This document shows, piece by piece, positions 1-7,881 of a stretch of 64,000 nucleotides of DNA. The stretch comes from Bacteroidales bacterium. Lineage in GTDB: Bacteria > Bacteroidota > Bacteroidia > Bacteroidales > G3-4614. Numbering within the stretch: position 1 is the first letter of the stretch; each line of letters opens with the position of its first letter. The notes beneath the pieces are model-generated. The model saw only the letters and a program-made list of their open reading frames with translations. It made no database searches and had not been told where the DNA came from. The stretch spans positions 92,700 to 156,699 of the forward strand of contig SUXK01000003.1 in assembly GCA_015061035.1 (NCBI GenBank), read 5' to 3'. The translations under genes and the position numbers were made by a program.

Positions 1-508
1 TATTCTTTTGACGTATTTGTCCTGCAAAATCATAAAGTCCGCCAAAGAGATAGGCATGAATTTGTTGCAAACCTCGAGCAGTGCCCACCTCAATAGTTTG
101 CAATAACGAACTATCCCAAAGTTGATATGCTTTATCTCGGCTCTTGCTGTCTATTTGGTTTTCACCAGTAATTAGCCATTTTGCAAAAGCAATTGCATAT
201 TGGCTTGGCACAACTTCCACAAGGCTAATCATCTCATTTTGTGGTAAACAATCAGTTAAATATCGCTTGCCGTCAGAGGCAACAAGTTTCAGTTGGTTAC
301 ATCGTGTAACCAACTCATTTCCACTTTTAACTAAGCGGTGTTTTATCACTTTCCAATAGTTACGAGGATTTTTACTTTCAGTAAGAACTGCTATAACATC
401 AACTACCGAGAATAACCAACGATTGGCATCATAGTCCCATGCGGCTCTAACTTCTTTGTCATTAAAGAAGCGGATTGATACTTTTTGATGTAGATTATTC
501 TTTTCCAT
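1..508 (-). CDS. Fic/DOC-family protein, N-terminal part only (3' end runs off the left window edge), with a Bro-N/antirepressor-like N-terminal domain
   Basis: Absent from the ORF track because it is open at the edge. Reverse-strand translation from the ATG at 508-506 gives [42 protein letters not shown]...[15 protein letters not shown]...AFAKWL (Bro-N-like). This is followed by [28 protein letters not shown], the conserved helix that precedes the Fic HxFx(D/E)GNGR motif. The catalytic motif itself lies outside the window. Confidence 0.7.
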   Translation of the reverse strand, partial: MEKNNLHQKVSIRFFNDKEVRAAWDYDANRWLFSVVDVIAVLTESKNPRNYWKVIKHRLVKSGNELVTRCNQLKLVASDGKRYLTDCLPQNEMISLVEVVPSQYAIAFAKWLITGENQIDSKSRDKAYQLWDSSLLQTIEVGTARGLQQIHAYLFGGLYDFAGQIRQKN

Positions 509-576
509 AAATAAGAATTTAGTAGTTTAATTCATCAATTTTAAACTATCAGGCACAACGCTTATGCTATATAAAT

Positions 577-1470
577 TTATCGTTTATGTTTCCATCGTTT
601 ATGAGTCCACAACCAAAACTCTGGTGCTCGTAAGATAGTTTTCTCCATTAAGCGGGTATATATCTCTGTAAGTTCAAACTCTTTATACTCTTTTGGAGTT
701 TTTGTTATCTCTTCAAATACTATCTTGTAATGTCCGCGTTTTTGTTTTATTACATCGGCATATACAAGGGTGCAATCAAGTTTCTGTGCTATTCTTTCAA
801 TGCCTGTTAACATTGGGGTATCTTGATTTAAAAAGTTACTCCAATAGTGTATATTGGCTGGTGATGGAGTTTGGTCTGCCATAAAACCTATCACCGCAGG
901 ACGTTTATCACGGCGGAATTTTATAAACTCCCTTAGTACATCATTCTTAGGAATGTTTACAGTTTTGTATCGAGAGCGGAGTTTCAGGAAGAAGTTGTTA
1001 AACCAACGATTTTTAAGCGGTCGGTATAACTCTCCCATAACAGCATCTTGCGGATAATCTACCCACAGGGTAATTGAAGGTATATACTCCCAGTTACCGT
1101 AATGCCCCAACATCAGAATTACCTGCCTACGTTCGTCTATGGCTTGCTGTAACACATCAATATTCTCCATCACAAAACGGCGTTTTGTAGTGGCATCAGA
1201 TATATGCAACAATTTAATAGTTTCTACTATATAGTCACAAAAATGGCGATAGAATGCCCTTTCCATTCTACGAATTTCCTTTTCACTTCTATCAGGGAAA
1301 GAGTTTCGCATATTGCCAAATACCACCTTTCTGCGATAACCTCCCACGTAATAGACTAATAAGAAGAGTATATCAGATAGGATGTATAACACCCAAAATG
1401 GCAACAACGAGTGCAACCAAATAAATAGGTATAGCGGGGAGTATAATATGTTCTCTAAATATCTGTTCAT
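577..1470 (-). CDS. Lipid A biosynthesis (LpxL/HtrB-type) lysophospholipid acyltransferase family protein
   Basis: 297-aa ORF with an N-terminal membrane anchor, the acyltransferase HX4(D/E) motif in LGHYGNWEY, and a typical C-terminal PEFWLWTHKRWK. Confidence 0.75.
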   Translation of the reverse strand: MNRYLENILYSPLYLFIWLHSLLPFWVLYILSDILFLLVYYVGGYRRKVVFGNMRNSFPDRSEKEIRRMERAFYRHFCDYIVETIKLLHISDATTKRRFVMENIDVLQQAIDERRQVILMLGHYGNWEYIPSITLWVDYPQDAVMGELYRPLKNRWFNNFFLKLRSRYKTVNIPKNDVLREFIKFRRDKRPAVIGFMADQTPSPANIHYWSNFLNQDTPMLTGIERIAQKLDCTLVYADVIKQKRGHYKIVFEEITKTPKEYKEFELTEIYTRLMEKTILRAPEFWLWTHKRWKHKR

Positions 1471-1473
1471 ACT

Positions 1474-2805
1474 CTATTCGGTATATAATTTCTCTACTAC
1501 AAGCGAACTCTTATCTTGTGTAAAATCGCCTAAAACTACACGCACTCCGCTTCGGTTTACCAAACTCTTATCGTATGGCATTTCAACTCTTATATAATTA
1601 TCGGTAAAACCGTGCATTAATGCCCCAGGTGCTGGTTGCTCAAACAATACAGGACGACACTCTCCTATTTGCGATTTGTAGAACGCTAATCGTTTCTCCT
1701 CAGATAGGTTTAACATTCGAGTACATCGAGCGTGTTTCTCCTGAGGTGTTACCACATGCTCAATCTTCAACGCCCTTGTTCCCGGACGCTCAGAGTATGT
1801 AAATACATGAAGTTGAGATATATCTAACCCCTCAACTGTATTGTAACTCTCCTCAAAAAGTTCATCAGTCTCGCCTCGCATACCAACTATAAGGTCAACA
1901 CCTATAAAGGCATCGGGCATAACATATTTTATCTTCTCAATCTTTGAACAGAATAGTTGCTTGTCGTAATGGCGGCGCATTATCTTCAACACCTCATCAC
2001 TTCCCGATTGCAACGGTATATGAAAGTGCGGAGCAATACGTTTTGAAGTTGCAATAAATTCGATTGCTTCATCGGTTAGAAGGTCTGGCTCTATCGAAGA
2101 AATTCTATATCTCTCAATCCCCTCAACACAATCCAAAGCCTTTATTAAATCAAGGAAACTCTCACCTGTTGTTTTACCAAAATCACCAATGTTTACACCA
2201 GTAATAACAATCTCCTTACCACCCTCACTTGCAACTTGCTCGGCTTGTGAAACCATCGATTCAATAGAGCCGTTTCTACTGCGCCCGCGAGCAAAAGGAA
2301 TGGTGCAGTATGAACAATAATAGTCACAACCATCCTGCACTTTTAAGAAGTAGCGAGTGCGATCTCCTCGAGAACATGAGGGAGCAAAATTCTTTATATC
2401 TGCAAGTGGTGTGGTGTCAATTTCCAACTCTTTATTTGAGAGTAGGAATGCCTCTAATTTATCGGGCAGATCCATCTTCTCGGCTGCTCCCAGCACCAAA
2501 TCAACACCATCAATAGCACCAACCTCCTCGCTCTTGAGTTGTGCGTAACAACCTGTTACAACAATACATGCTTTGGGGTGCTGGCGAGATATACGCCTGA
2601 TTGCCTGACGACATTTTTTATCGGCAAGTTCGGTAACAGAGCAACTGTTTATCACACATAAATCTGCCTCCTCGCCCGATTTTGCCTTTACAACACCTCT
2701 CTGAGTTAGCATCTTGCCAATGGTAGAGGTCTCGGCAAAATTGAGTTTACAACCCAATGTATAATAAACAACTTTCTTATCCTTTAGTATTGATTCTTCA
2801 GTCAT
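1474..2805 (-). CDS. mtaB: tRNA t6A37 methylthiotransferase MtaB (radical SAM MTTase)
   Basis: 443-aa ORF. N-terminal MTTase domain (YYTLGCKLNFAETS), radical-SAM CxxxCxxC in GCDYYCSYCTIP, and a C-terminal TRAM-like region. Confidence 0.85.
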   Translation of the reverse strand: MTEESILKDKKVVYYTLGCKLNFAETSTIGKMLTQRGVVKAKSGEEADLCVINSCSVTELADKKCRQAIRRISRQHPKACIVVTGCYAQLKSEEVGAIDGVDLVLGAAEKMDLPDKLEAFLLSNKELEIDTTPLADIKNFAPSCSRGDRTRYFLKVQDGCDYYCSYCTIPFARGRSRNGSIESMVSQAEQVASEGGKEIVITGVNIGDFGKTTGESFLDLIKALDCVEGIERYRISSIEPDLLTDEAIEFIATSKRIAPHFHIPLQSGSDEVLKIMRRHYDKQLFCSKIEKIKYVMPDAFIGVDLIVGMRGETDELFEESYNTVEGLDISQLHVFTYSERPGTRALKIEHVVTPQEKHARCTRMLNLSEEKRLAFYKSQIGECRPVLFEQPAPGALMHGFTDNYIRVEMPYDKSLVNRSGVRVVLGDFTQDKSSLVVEKLYTE

Positions 2806-2817
2806 AAATTGCTTTTG

Positions 2818-3312
2818 TTAAAACATTGCAGCAAATATATCTATTGCCTCTATAATAAGCATAACCATTACTGCAATGCCATATATTAGTTTTACTCCTG
2901 AGGTTAAAATAAAGGCCAAGAACGACATTAATGCCACATTAAAAGCCTTACCTTTTGATGAATTTGCAATAATCTCACCAATAAATGCTCCTAAAAACGG
3001 GCCAACTATTACCCCAACAGGACCAAAGAAGAGACCAACAATAGTACCAACAATAGCACCATTTGATGCACTCTTTGAGCCTCCTTTTAATTTTGTCATC
3101 CATGCAGGAGCAATATAATCCACTATGGTTATAACTGCCATTACTACTCCCATTATCACTAAAGTTGTAACCGACACCTCTGCTCCATTACAAAAATATA
3201 ATAAAAGAAGAGCTACATAACTTAAAGGTGGACCAGGCAATACAGGAACAACAGATCCAAGTATTCCAATAAAAGCAAGAATAAAAGCTAATACTATATA
3301 TAAAATATCCAT
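2818..3312 (-). CDS. DUF456-like small integral membrane protein
   Basis: 164-aa, Gly-rich polytopic membrane ORF with the GSVVPVLPGPPL motif typical of DUF456. Confidence 0.55.
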   Translation of the reverse strand: MDILYIVLAFILAFIGILGSVVPVLPGPPLSYVALLLLYFCNGAEVSVTTLVIMGVVMAVITIVDYIAPAWMTKLKGGSKSASNGAIVGTIVGLFFGPVGVIVGPFLGAFIGEIIANSSKGKAFNVALMSFLAFILTSGVKLIYGIAVMVMLIIEAIDIFAAMF

Positions 3313-3328
3313 CTAAATAATTTTTATG

Positions 3329-3336
3329 CGAAGATA
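3329..3336 (-). promoter_or_regulatory. Bacteroidota -7 promoter box (TATCTTCG on the minus strand) for the DUF456 gene
   Basis: Plus-strand cgaagata; the reverse complement matches TAnnTT(T/C)G, 17 nt upstream of the ATG at 3312. Confidence 0.5.
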
Positions 3337-3368
3337 GTATAAAGAATTGAGAAATTTTACCACAGAGA

Positions 3369-3398
3369 TAAAAAAACACCTATACAACATATAGGTGT
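3369..3398 (-). terminator. Intrinsic terminator hairpin (second of two in tandem)
   Basis: 9-bp stem ACACCTATA/TATAGGTGT with a 5-nt loop. On the minus strand it is followed by a T-run (plus-strand aaaaaaa at 3370-3376). Confidence 0.6.
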
Positions 3399-3421
3399 AA
3401 CATTGGTGTTAAATAAAGACA

Positions 3422-3449
3422 CAAAAAAAAGCGATACTTGGTATCGCTT
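3422..3449 (-). terminator. Intrinsic terminator hairpin downstream of the small lipoprotein gene
   Basis: Stem GCGATAC/GTATCGC (3431-3437/3441-3447) with a T-run on the minus strand (plus-strand a-run 3423-3430). Confidence 0.65.
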
Positions 3450-3480
3450 TCATTTTTCTTTGCTTGCTTAATTAATTTAA

Positions 3481-3684
3481 TTAATCAGCGATAACTACTG
3501 TGTCGATAGCAGTCTCTTCAGCGTTAGGAAGAAGAAGAGTATCTCCCTCGAATGCGTAGTTAGCATCGATTGTAGCCTCAGTGCTTACAGGAGCCTCAGT
3601 AGCCTCCTCAGCAGCAGGTTTAGAGGTACAAGCTGCAAAAGAAGCAGCGAAAGCAACAGCTGCGAATAAAACTAATTTTTTCAT
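3481..3684 (-). CDS. Small acidic lipoprotein of unknown function
   Basis: 67-aa ORF. Signal peptide MKKLVLFAAVAFAASFAAC with a lipobox Cys, then an Ala/Glu/Thr-rich mature part. It has its own promoter box and terminators. Confidence 0.6.
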   Translation of the reverse strand: MKKLVLFAAVAFAASFAACTSKPAAEEATEAPVSTEATIDANYAFEGDTLLLPNAEETAIDTVVIAD

Positions 3685-3748
3685 CTCTCTTAATTTTAAA
3701 TATTTAAAATAATTAATTTAATTATTGCTTTGTTTTTCAAAAGCGTTA

Positions 3749-3756
3749 CAAAGTTA
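3749..3756 (-). promoter_or_regulatory. -7 promoter box (TAACTTTG on the minus strand) for the small lipoprotein gene
   Basis: Plus-strand caaagtta; matches TAnnTTTG. Confidence 0.5.
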
Positions 3757-3817
3757 ATACTTATTTTCCAAATAAATATTCTTTTTTTCGCTTTTTTTTA
3801 AAATTTTGAAGTTTTAA

Positions 3818-5494
3818 CTACTTTATTGGTGTAAAATTAGCATATAAATAACGTTTTATACTACGTTTTGGAGTTTTTTCGAACTCAGTAGGATAAATAT
3901 ATATTTTTGAGATTGTCTCATATGGAGCAACTTCGGTATTCAAAGTTTTGCGAATCTCCTCCATAATTGGATCAAGGTCTTGAAGTGTGATACCACATGT
4001 CTCAATTGCTTCATAATCGGGATATACCAATGCAACAAGTTTGCCATCTTTCTCCACTACAAGACTTTCCGAAACAAACTCTTTAATATTCAATTTTGCC
4101 TCAATCTCCTCAGGGTATATATTTTGACCACTTGCTCCAAGTATCATATTTTTGTAACGTCCCTTGATAAAGATGTTTTTATCCTTATCAATAATTCCCA
4201 TATCGCCTGTATGTAACCATCCTTCCTCATCAATAACTTCGGCAGTGGCTGCTTCATTTTTATAATATCCCTTCATAACGTTCTCTCCCTTAACGCATAT
4301 CTCTCCGGGTATTAGATATGGATCTTCTGACAAGATTTTAACATCCATAATACCTTCAAGAATTGCTCCTGCCGATGAAGGAATAAATTCGCTATAATGC
4401 TTGTAACTAATCAGTGGCGCACACTCAGTCATTCCATAACCTACTGTAAATGGGAATTTTATCTTATGAAAAAATTTCTCTACCTCAGGGTTAAGAGGTG
4501 CACCACCAATAATAACTTGTTCAAATCTTCCTCCTAAAGCGTCAATCAAACTCTTTCTGATTTTAGCATATATTTGAGTGTTTAATACAGGTAGATTTAC
4601 TGCCCACTTCAATGGAGTGCTATTTAGTTTAGGAAGAACTTGTTTACGATAAATCTTTTCGAAAATAAGAGGAACAGTTATAATCAAGTTAGGTTTAACC
4701 TCAGCAAATGCTTTCAACAACACTTTGGGTGAAGGAAGTTTACCTAATAGAGTAACATGCGAACCTGTTGCAAGTGGAGTAAGAAGGTCAAATGCACAGC
4801 CGTAAGCGTGAGCAAGTGGCAAGAACGACAATGCCTTACTACCTTTATAGTGCAAACGTGTTTTTATTCCGTAGCATACGTTACCAGCAAGGTTGTTACC
4901 TGTTAGCATAACACCTTTACTATAACCTGTTGTTCCTGAGGTATAGTTTATCTCAACAATTTTATCATTCTCAAGTTCTGCGTAGCATAGATCCTCTTTT
5001 TTGAAACCTTTGGGATGCTCTTTCTTAAATAATAGATCCATATTTGCAAGTATTCCGCTTACGGTTTCGCCATCGCGTTGGTCAATGCAACTGAAATCGT
5101 TTAACGAAATAACTGCTCTCAAAGTTGGGATATGCTCAACCTCAACATTCTCCCAAATATGCTCACTTAAGAATAGCAATGAAGATTCAGAGTGGTTTAC
5201 TATATATGATATATCGTTTCCGTTAAAGTCTTGAAGAATGGGAACAGCAATAGCACCATACATCATTGCACCCATATAGGTAATAACCCAATTAACATTG
5301 TTACGACCAACAATAGCAATTTTATCTCCTCTTCTGATTTTACATTGGCGGAATAGGATATGAAGACGCTCTATTTGTTCTGCAACCTCTCTATAAGTAA
5401 GGTTCTTTGTAGTGTTATAATCCGAAAGGGCCAATAAGTCCCAGTTCTCTTTAAAACTCTCTTCATAAAGTTTGATAAAATTCTTCTCTATCAT
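3818..5494 (-). CDS. Long-chain fatty acid-CoA ligase (AMP-binding enzyme)
   Basis: 558-aa ORF with the AMP-binding signature YTSGTTGYSKGVMLT, plus GYGMTE and the C-terminal motif in HTGDMG. Confidence 0.85.
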   Translation of the reverse strand: MIEKNFIKLYEESFKENWDLLALSDYNTTKNLTYREVAEQIERLHILFRQCKIRRGDKIAIVGRNNVNWVITYMGAMMYGAIAVPILQDFNGNDISYIVNHSESSLLFLSEHIWENVEVEHIPTLRAVISLNDFSCIDQRDGETVSGILANMDLLFKKEHPKGFKKEDLCYAELENDKIVEINYTSGTTGYSKGVMLTGNNLAGNVCYGIKTRLHYKGSKALSFLPLAHAYGCAFDLLTPLATGSHVTLLGKLPSPKVLLKAFAEVKPNLIITVPLIFEKIYRKQVLPKLNSTPLKWAVNLPVLNTQIYAKIRKSLIDALGGRFEQVIIGGAPLNPEVEKFFHKIKFPFTVGYGMTECAPLISYKHYSEFIPSSAGAILEGIMDVKILSEDPYLIPGEICVKGENVMKGYYKNEAATAEVIDEEGWLHTGDMGIIDKDKNIFIKGRYKNMILGASGQNIYPEEIEAKLNIKEFVSESLVVEKDGKLVALVYPDYEAIETCGITLQDLDPIMEEIRKTLNTEVAPYETISKIYIYPTEFEKTPKRSIKRYLYANFTPIK

Positions 5495-5591
5495 ATATAT
5501 ATGTTTTTTAGTTAAATCACACCTGACTATCTTAAAACTCCTATTTTATATAAAATTTGTTTTAAAATGAGATAATAACTTAAAATCCTAG

Positions 5592-5599
5592 CAAATATA
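5592..5599 (-). promoter_or_regulatory. -7 promoter box (TATATTTG on the minus strand), candidate for the acyl-CoA ligase gene
   Basis: Plus-strand caaatata in the divergent intergenic region. Confidence 0.4.
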
Positions 5600-5740
5600 C
5601 AATAATTTATGTAATAATAAAATTTATTAAATAGGAATAGAGCAAAGCAAAGGGATAATATAGGATAATATTATATAATGTATTAAGCGATAACAATTCA
5701 AAATATTATCACTGACGTCTTTTGACTGAAAGTTTTTTTG

Positions 5741-5748
5741 TAACTTCG
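5741..5748 (+). promoter_or_regulatory. -7 promoter box TAACTTCG(CA) for mnmG
   Basis: Matches TAnnTT(T/C)G, 29 nt upstream of the ATG at 5777. Confidence 0.55.
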
Positions 5749-5776
5749 CAACAAGTTTCGAAACTGATTTAATATT

Positions 5777-7651
5777 ATGGAATTCTCATACGATGTTATT
5801 GTGGTCGGTGCAGGGCACGCAGGTTGCGAGGCCGCCTCTGCTGCTGCTAACCTTGGATCTAAAACTTTACTTATTACAATGGACCTTAACAAGATTGCAC
5901 AGATGAGTTGCAATCCTGCTATTGGTGGTATTGCTAAAGGGCAAATTGTGAGAGAGATTGATGCTCTTGGCGGATACACAGGTATTGTTACCGACCGCAC
6001 CGCTATTCAGTTTCGTATGCTAAACCGCTCAAAGGGTGCTGCAATGTGGAGTCCCAGAGCACAAAGTGATAGAGCAAAATTTATTCAGGAGTGGCGTAGT
6101 ATTATAGAAAACACACCAAACCTTTATTTGTGGCAAGACTCTGTAAATGAGTTAATTATCAAAGACAAAACGGTTACAGGAGTGAAAACCCAATTAGGCG
6201 TTGAGTTCTTTGCGAAGACAGTTGTTATTACATCGGGTACTTTCTTAAATGGATTAATGCACATTGGTAGAACTCAGTTTGTTGGGGGTAGAATTTCGGA
6301 ACCTGCATCGTATGGCATTTCAGAACAATTGGCTGCCGAGGGTATTATTGTAGGCAGAATGAAGACTGGCACTCCTGTGAGAATTGATGCCAGAAGTATC
6401 GACTTTTCACAATGTATTGAACAAGGAGGCGAGGATGATTTCCATAAGTTCTCATACCTTGATTTTAAGCCTCGACAACTTAAACAAGTTAGTTGCTGGA
6501 GTGTATATACAAGCCCTCGTGTTCATGAAATTCTTCTTGAAGGTCTCCCCGACTCGCCTCTTTACAACGGACAAATTCAAAGTATCGGACCTCGTTACTG
6601 CCCAAGTATTGAGACTAAACTTCACACCTTCCCCGACAAAATGGAGCATCAACTCTTTCTTGAACCCGAAGGTGAGAATACCAACGAATATTATCTAAAT
6701 GGTTTCTCTTCATCGTTGCCAATTGATATCCAGATTAGGGCTTTGCAAGAGATTCCTGCTCTACGCAATGTACACATATACCGCCCCGGTTATGCAATAG
6801 AGTATGACTACTTTGAGCCTACACAACTTAACCACACTCTCGAAAGTAAGGTTATCAAGAATCTTTATCTTGCTGGTCAAGTTAATGGAACTACGGGTTA
6901 TGAAGAGGCTGCAGGACAAGGATTGGTTGCAGGAGTAAATGCACACATTCGTTGCCATGGCGGAGAGGATTTTGTGCTTCGCAGAGATGAGGCATATATT
7001 GGTGTTCTAATTGATGATCTTGTTACCAAAGGAGTAGATGAACCTTATCGCATGTTCACCTCTCGTGCGGAATACAGAATTTTATTGCGTCAAGATGATG
7101 CAGATATGCGTCTAACCGAAAAGGCATATAAGATAGGTTTGGCAACTAAAGAGCGTTACGATTTACTACAAAGCAAGAAAGAGGAGTTAAACAGAATTAT
7201 TGATTTCTGTCGCAACTTCTCTGTTAAAACTGCATACGTAAACGAGGCATTAGAGAAGAAAGGCACTTCGCCTTTGAAACAGGGAGTGAAACTTGCCGAC
7301 CTTATGCTTCGCCCTCAACTTAACATTTATGATGTTATTGAGATTGTAACACCATTCAAACGCGAGGTTGACAAGATAAAGAATCGCAAAGAGGAGATTC
7401 TTGAGGCAGCAGAGATACTTCTAAAATATGAGGGATATATTGAACGAGAGAAATTGATTGCCGATAAGATTACCCGACTTGAGAATATAAAGATTAAGGG
7501 TAAATTCAATTATAGCGAAATAACTCAGCTTACCATTGAGGCACGCCAGAAACTCACAAAGATAGATCCTGAAACAATTGCTCAAGCAGGGCGTATTCCC
7601 GGAATATCGCCAAACGATATAAATATACTGCTAATGCTTTTGGGCAGGTAG
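5777..7651 (+). CDS. mnmG: tRNA uridine 5-carboxymethylaminomethyl modification enzyme MnmG (GidA)
   Basis: 624-aa ORF with the FAD motif DVIVVGAGHAGCEAA and full-length GidA-type sequence (GPRYCPSIE, FLAGQVNGTTGYEEAA-type motif). Confidence 0.95.
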   Translation: MEFSYDVIVVGAGHAGCEAASAAANLGSKTLLITMDLNKIAQMSCNPAIGGIAKGQIVREIDALGGYTGIVTDRTAIQFRMLNRSKGAAMWSPRAQSDRAKFIQEWRSIIENTPNLYLWQDSVNELIIKDKTVTGVKTQLGVEFFAKTVVITSGTFLNGLMHIGRTQFVGGRISEPASYGISEQLAAEGIIVGRMKTGTPVRIDARSIDFSQCIEQGGEDDFHKFSYLDFKPRQLKQVSCWSVYTSPRVHEILLEGLPDSPLYNGQIQSIGPRYCPSIETKLHTFPDKMEHQLFLEPEGENTNEYYLNGFSSSLPIDIQIRALQEIPALRNVHIYRPGYAIEYDYFEPTQLNHTLESKVIKNLYLAGQVNGTTGYEEAAGQGLVAGVNAHIRCHGGEDFVLRRDEAYIGVLIDDLVTKGVDEPYRMFTSRAEYRILLRQDDADMRLTEKAYKIGLATKERYDLLQSKKEELNRIIDFCRNFSVKTAYVNEALEKKGTSPLKQGVKLADLMLRPQLNIYDVIEIVTPFKREVDKIKNRKEEILEAAEILLKYEGYIEREKLIADKITRLENIKIKGKFNYSEITQLTIEARQKLTKIDPETIAQAGRIPGISPNDINILLMLLGR

Positions 7652-7653
7652 TT

Positions 7654-7746
7654 CTTAATTGTTGATTGGTTTATGTTACTTGTCGGCTAACGCCGTCCTA
7701 TGGATAGTTGTTAGTTAATTTCTATTCACCCCCAGTAGGGAGTGAG
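7654..7746. repeat. Copy A of a short dispersed intergenic repeat (TTGTCGGCTAAC / AGTTGTTAGTT / GGGAGTGAG modules)
   Basis: TTGTCGGCTAAC (7680-7691), AGTTGTTAGTT (7706-7716) and GGGAGTGAG (7738-7746) recur after the NUDIX gene (52633-52689). AGTTGTTAGT also recurs after polA (15349-15414). Confidence 0.6.
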
Positions 7747-7778
7747 TATTATTTCAAAATAACACTCCATAGTTTTTG
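7739..7778 (+). terminator. mnmG intrinsic terminator
   Basis: GGAGTG...CACTCC stem (7739-7744/7763-7768) with inner AT pairing, followed by TAGTTTTTG. Confidence 0.55.
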
Positions 7779-7853
7779 CAGATATTACAGGGCATTTAGA
7801 GTTTAACAGTTCAACATACAAAACAATAGATATAAATATATCCGATAAATTAA

Positions 7854-7871
7854 TTGTTCCACGTGAAACAA
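7854..7871. promoter_or_regulatory. 18-nt near-perfect palindrome TTGTTCCAC|GTGAAACAA; candidate operator upstream of uvrC
   Basis: One mismatch to a perfect palindrome, CACGTG core. It ends 10 nt before the uvrC ATG (7882). Confidence 0.3.
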
Positions 7872-7881
7872 TATTATATAT

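Noticed and set aside
144-359. 71-aa plus-strand ORF at the left edge.
   Set aside because: It is antisense to the edge-truncated Fic/Bro-N gene, whose translation has clear family motifs.
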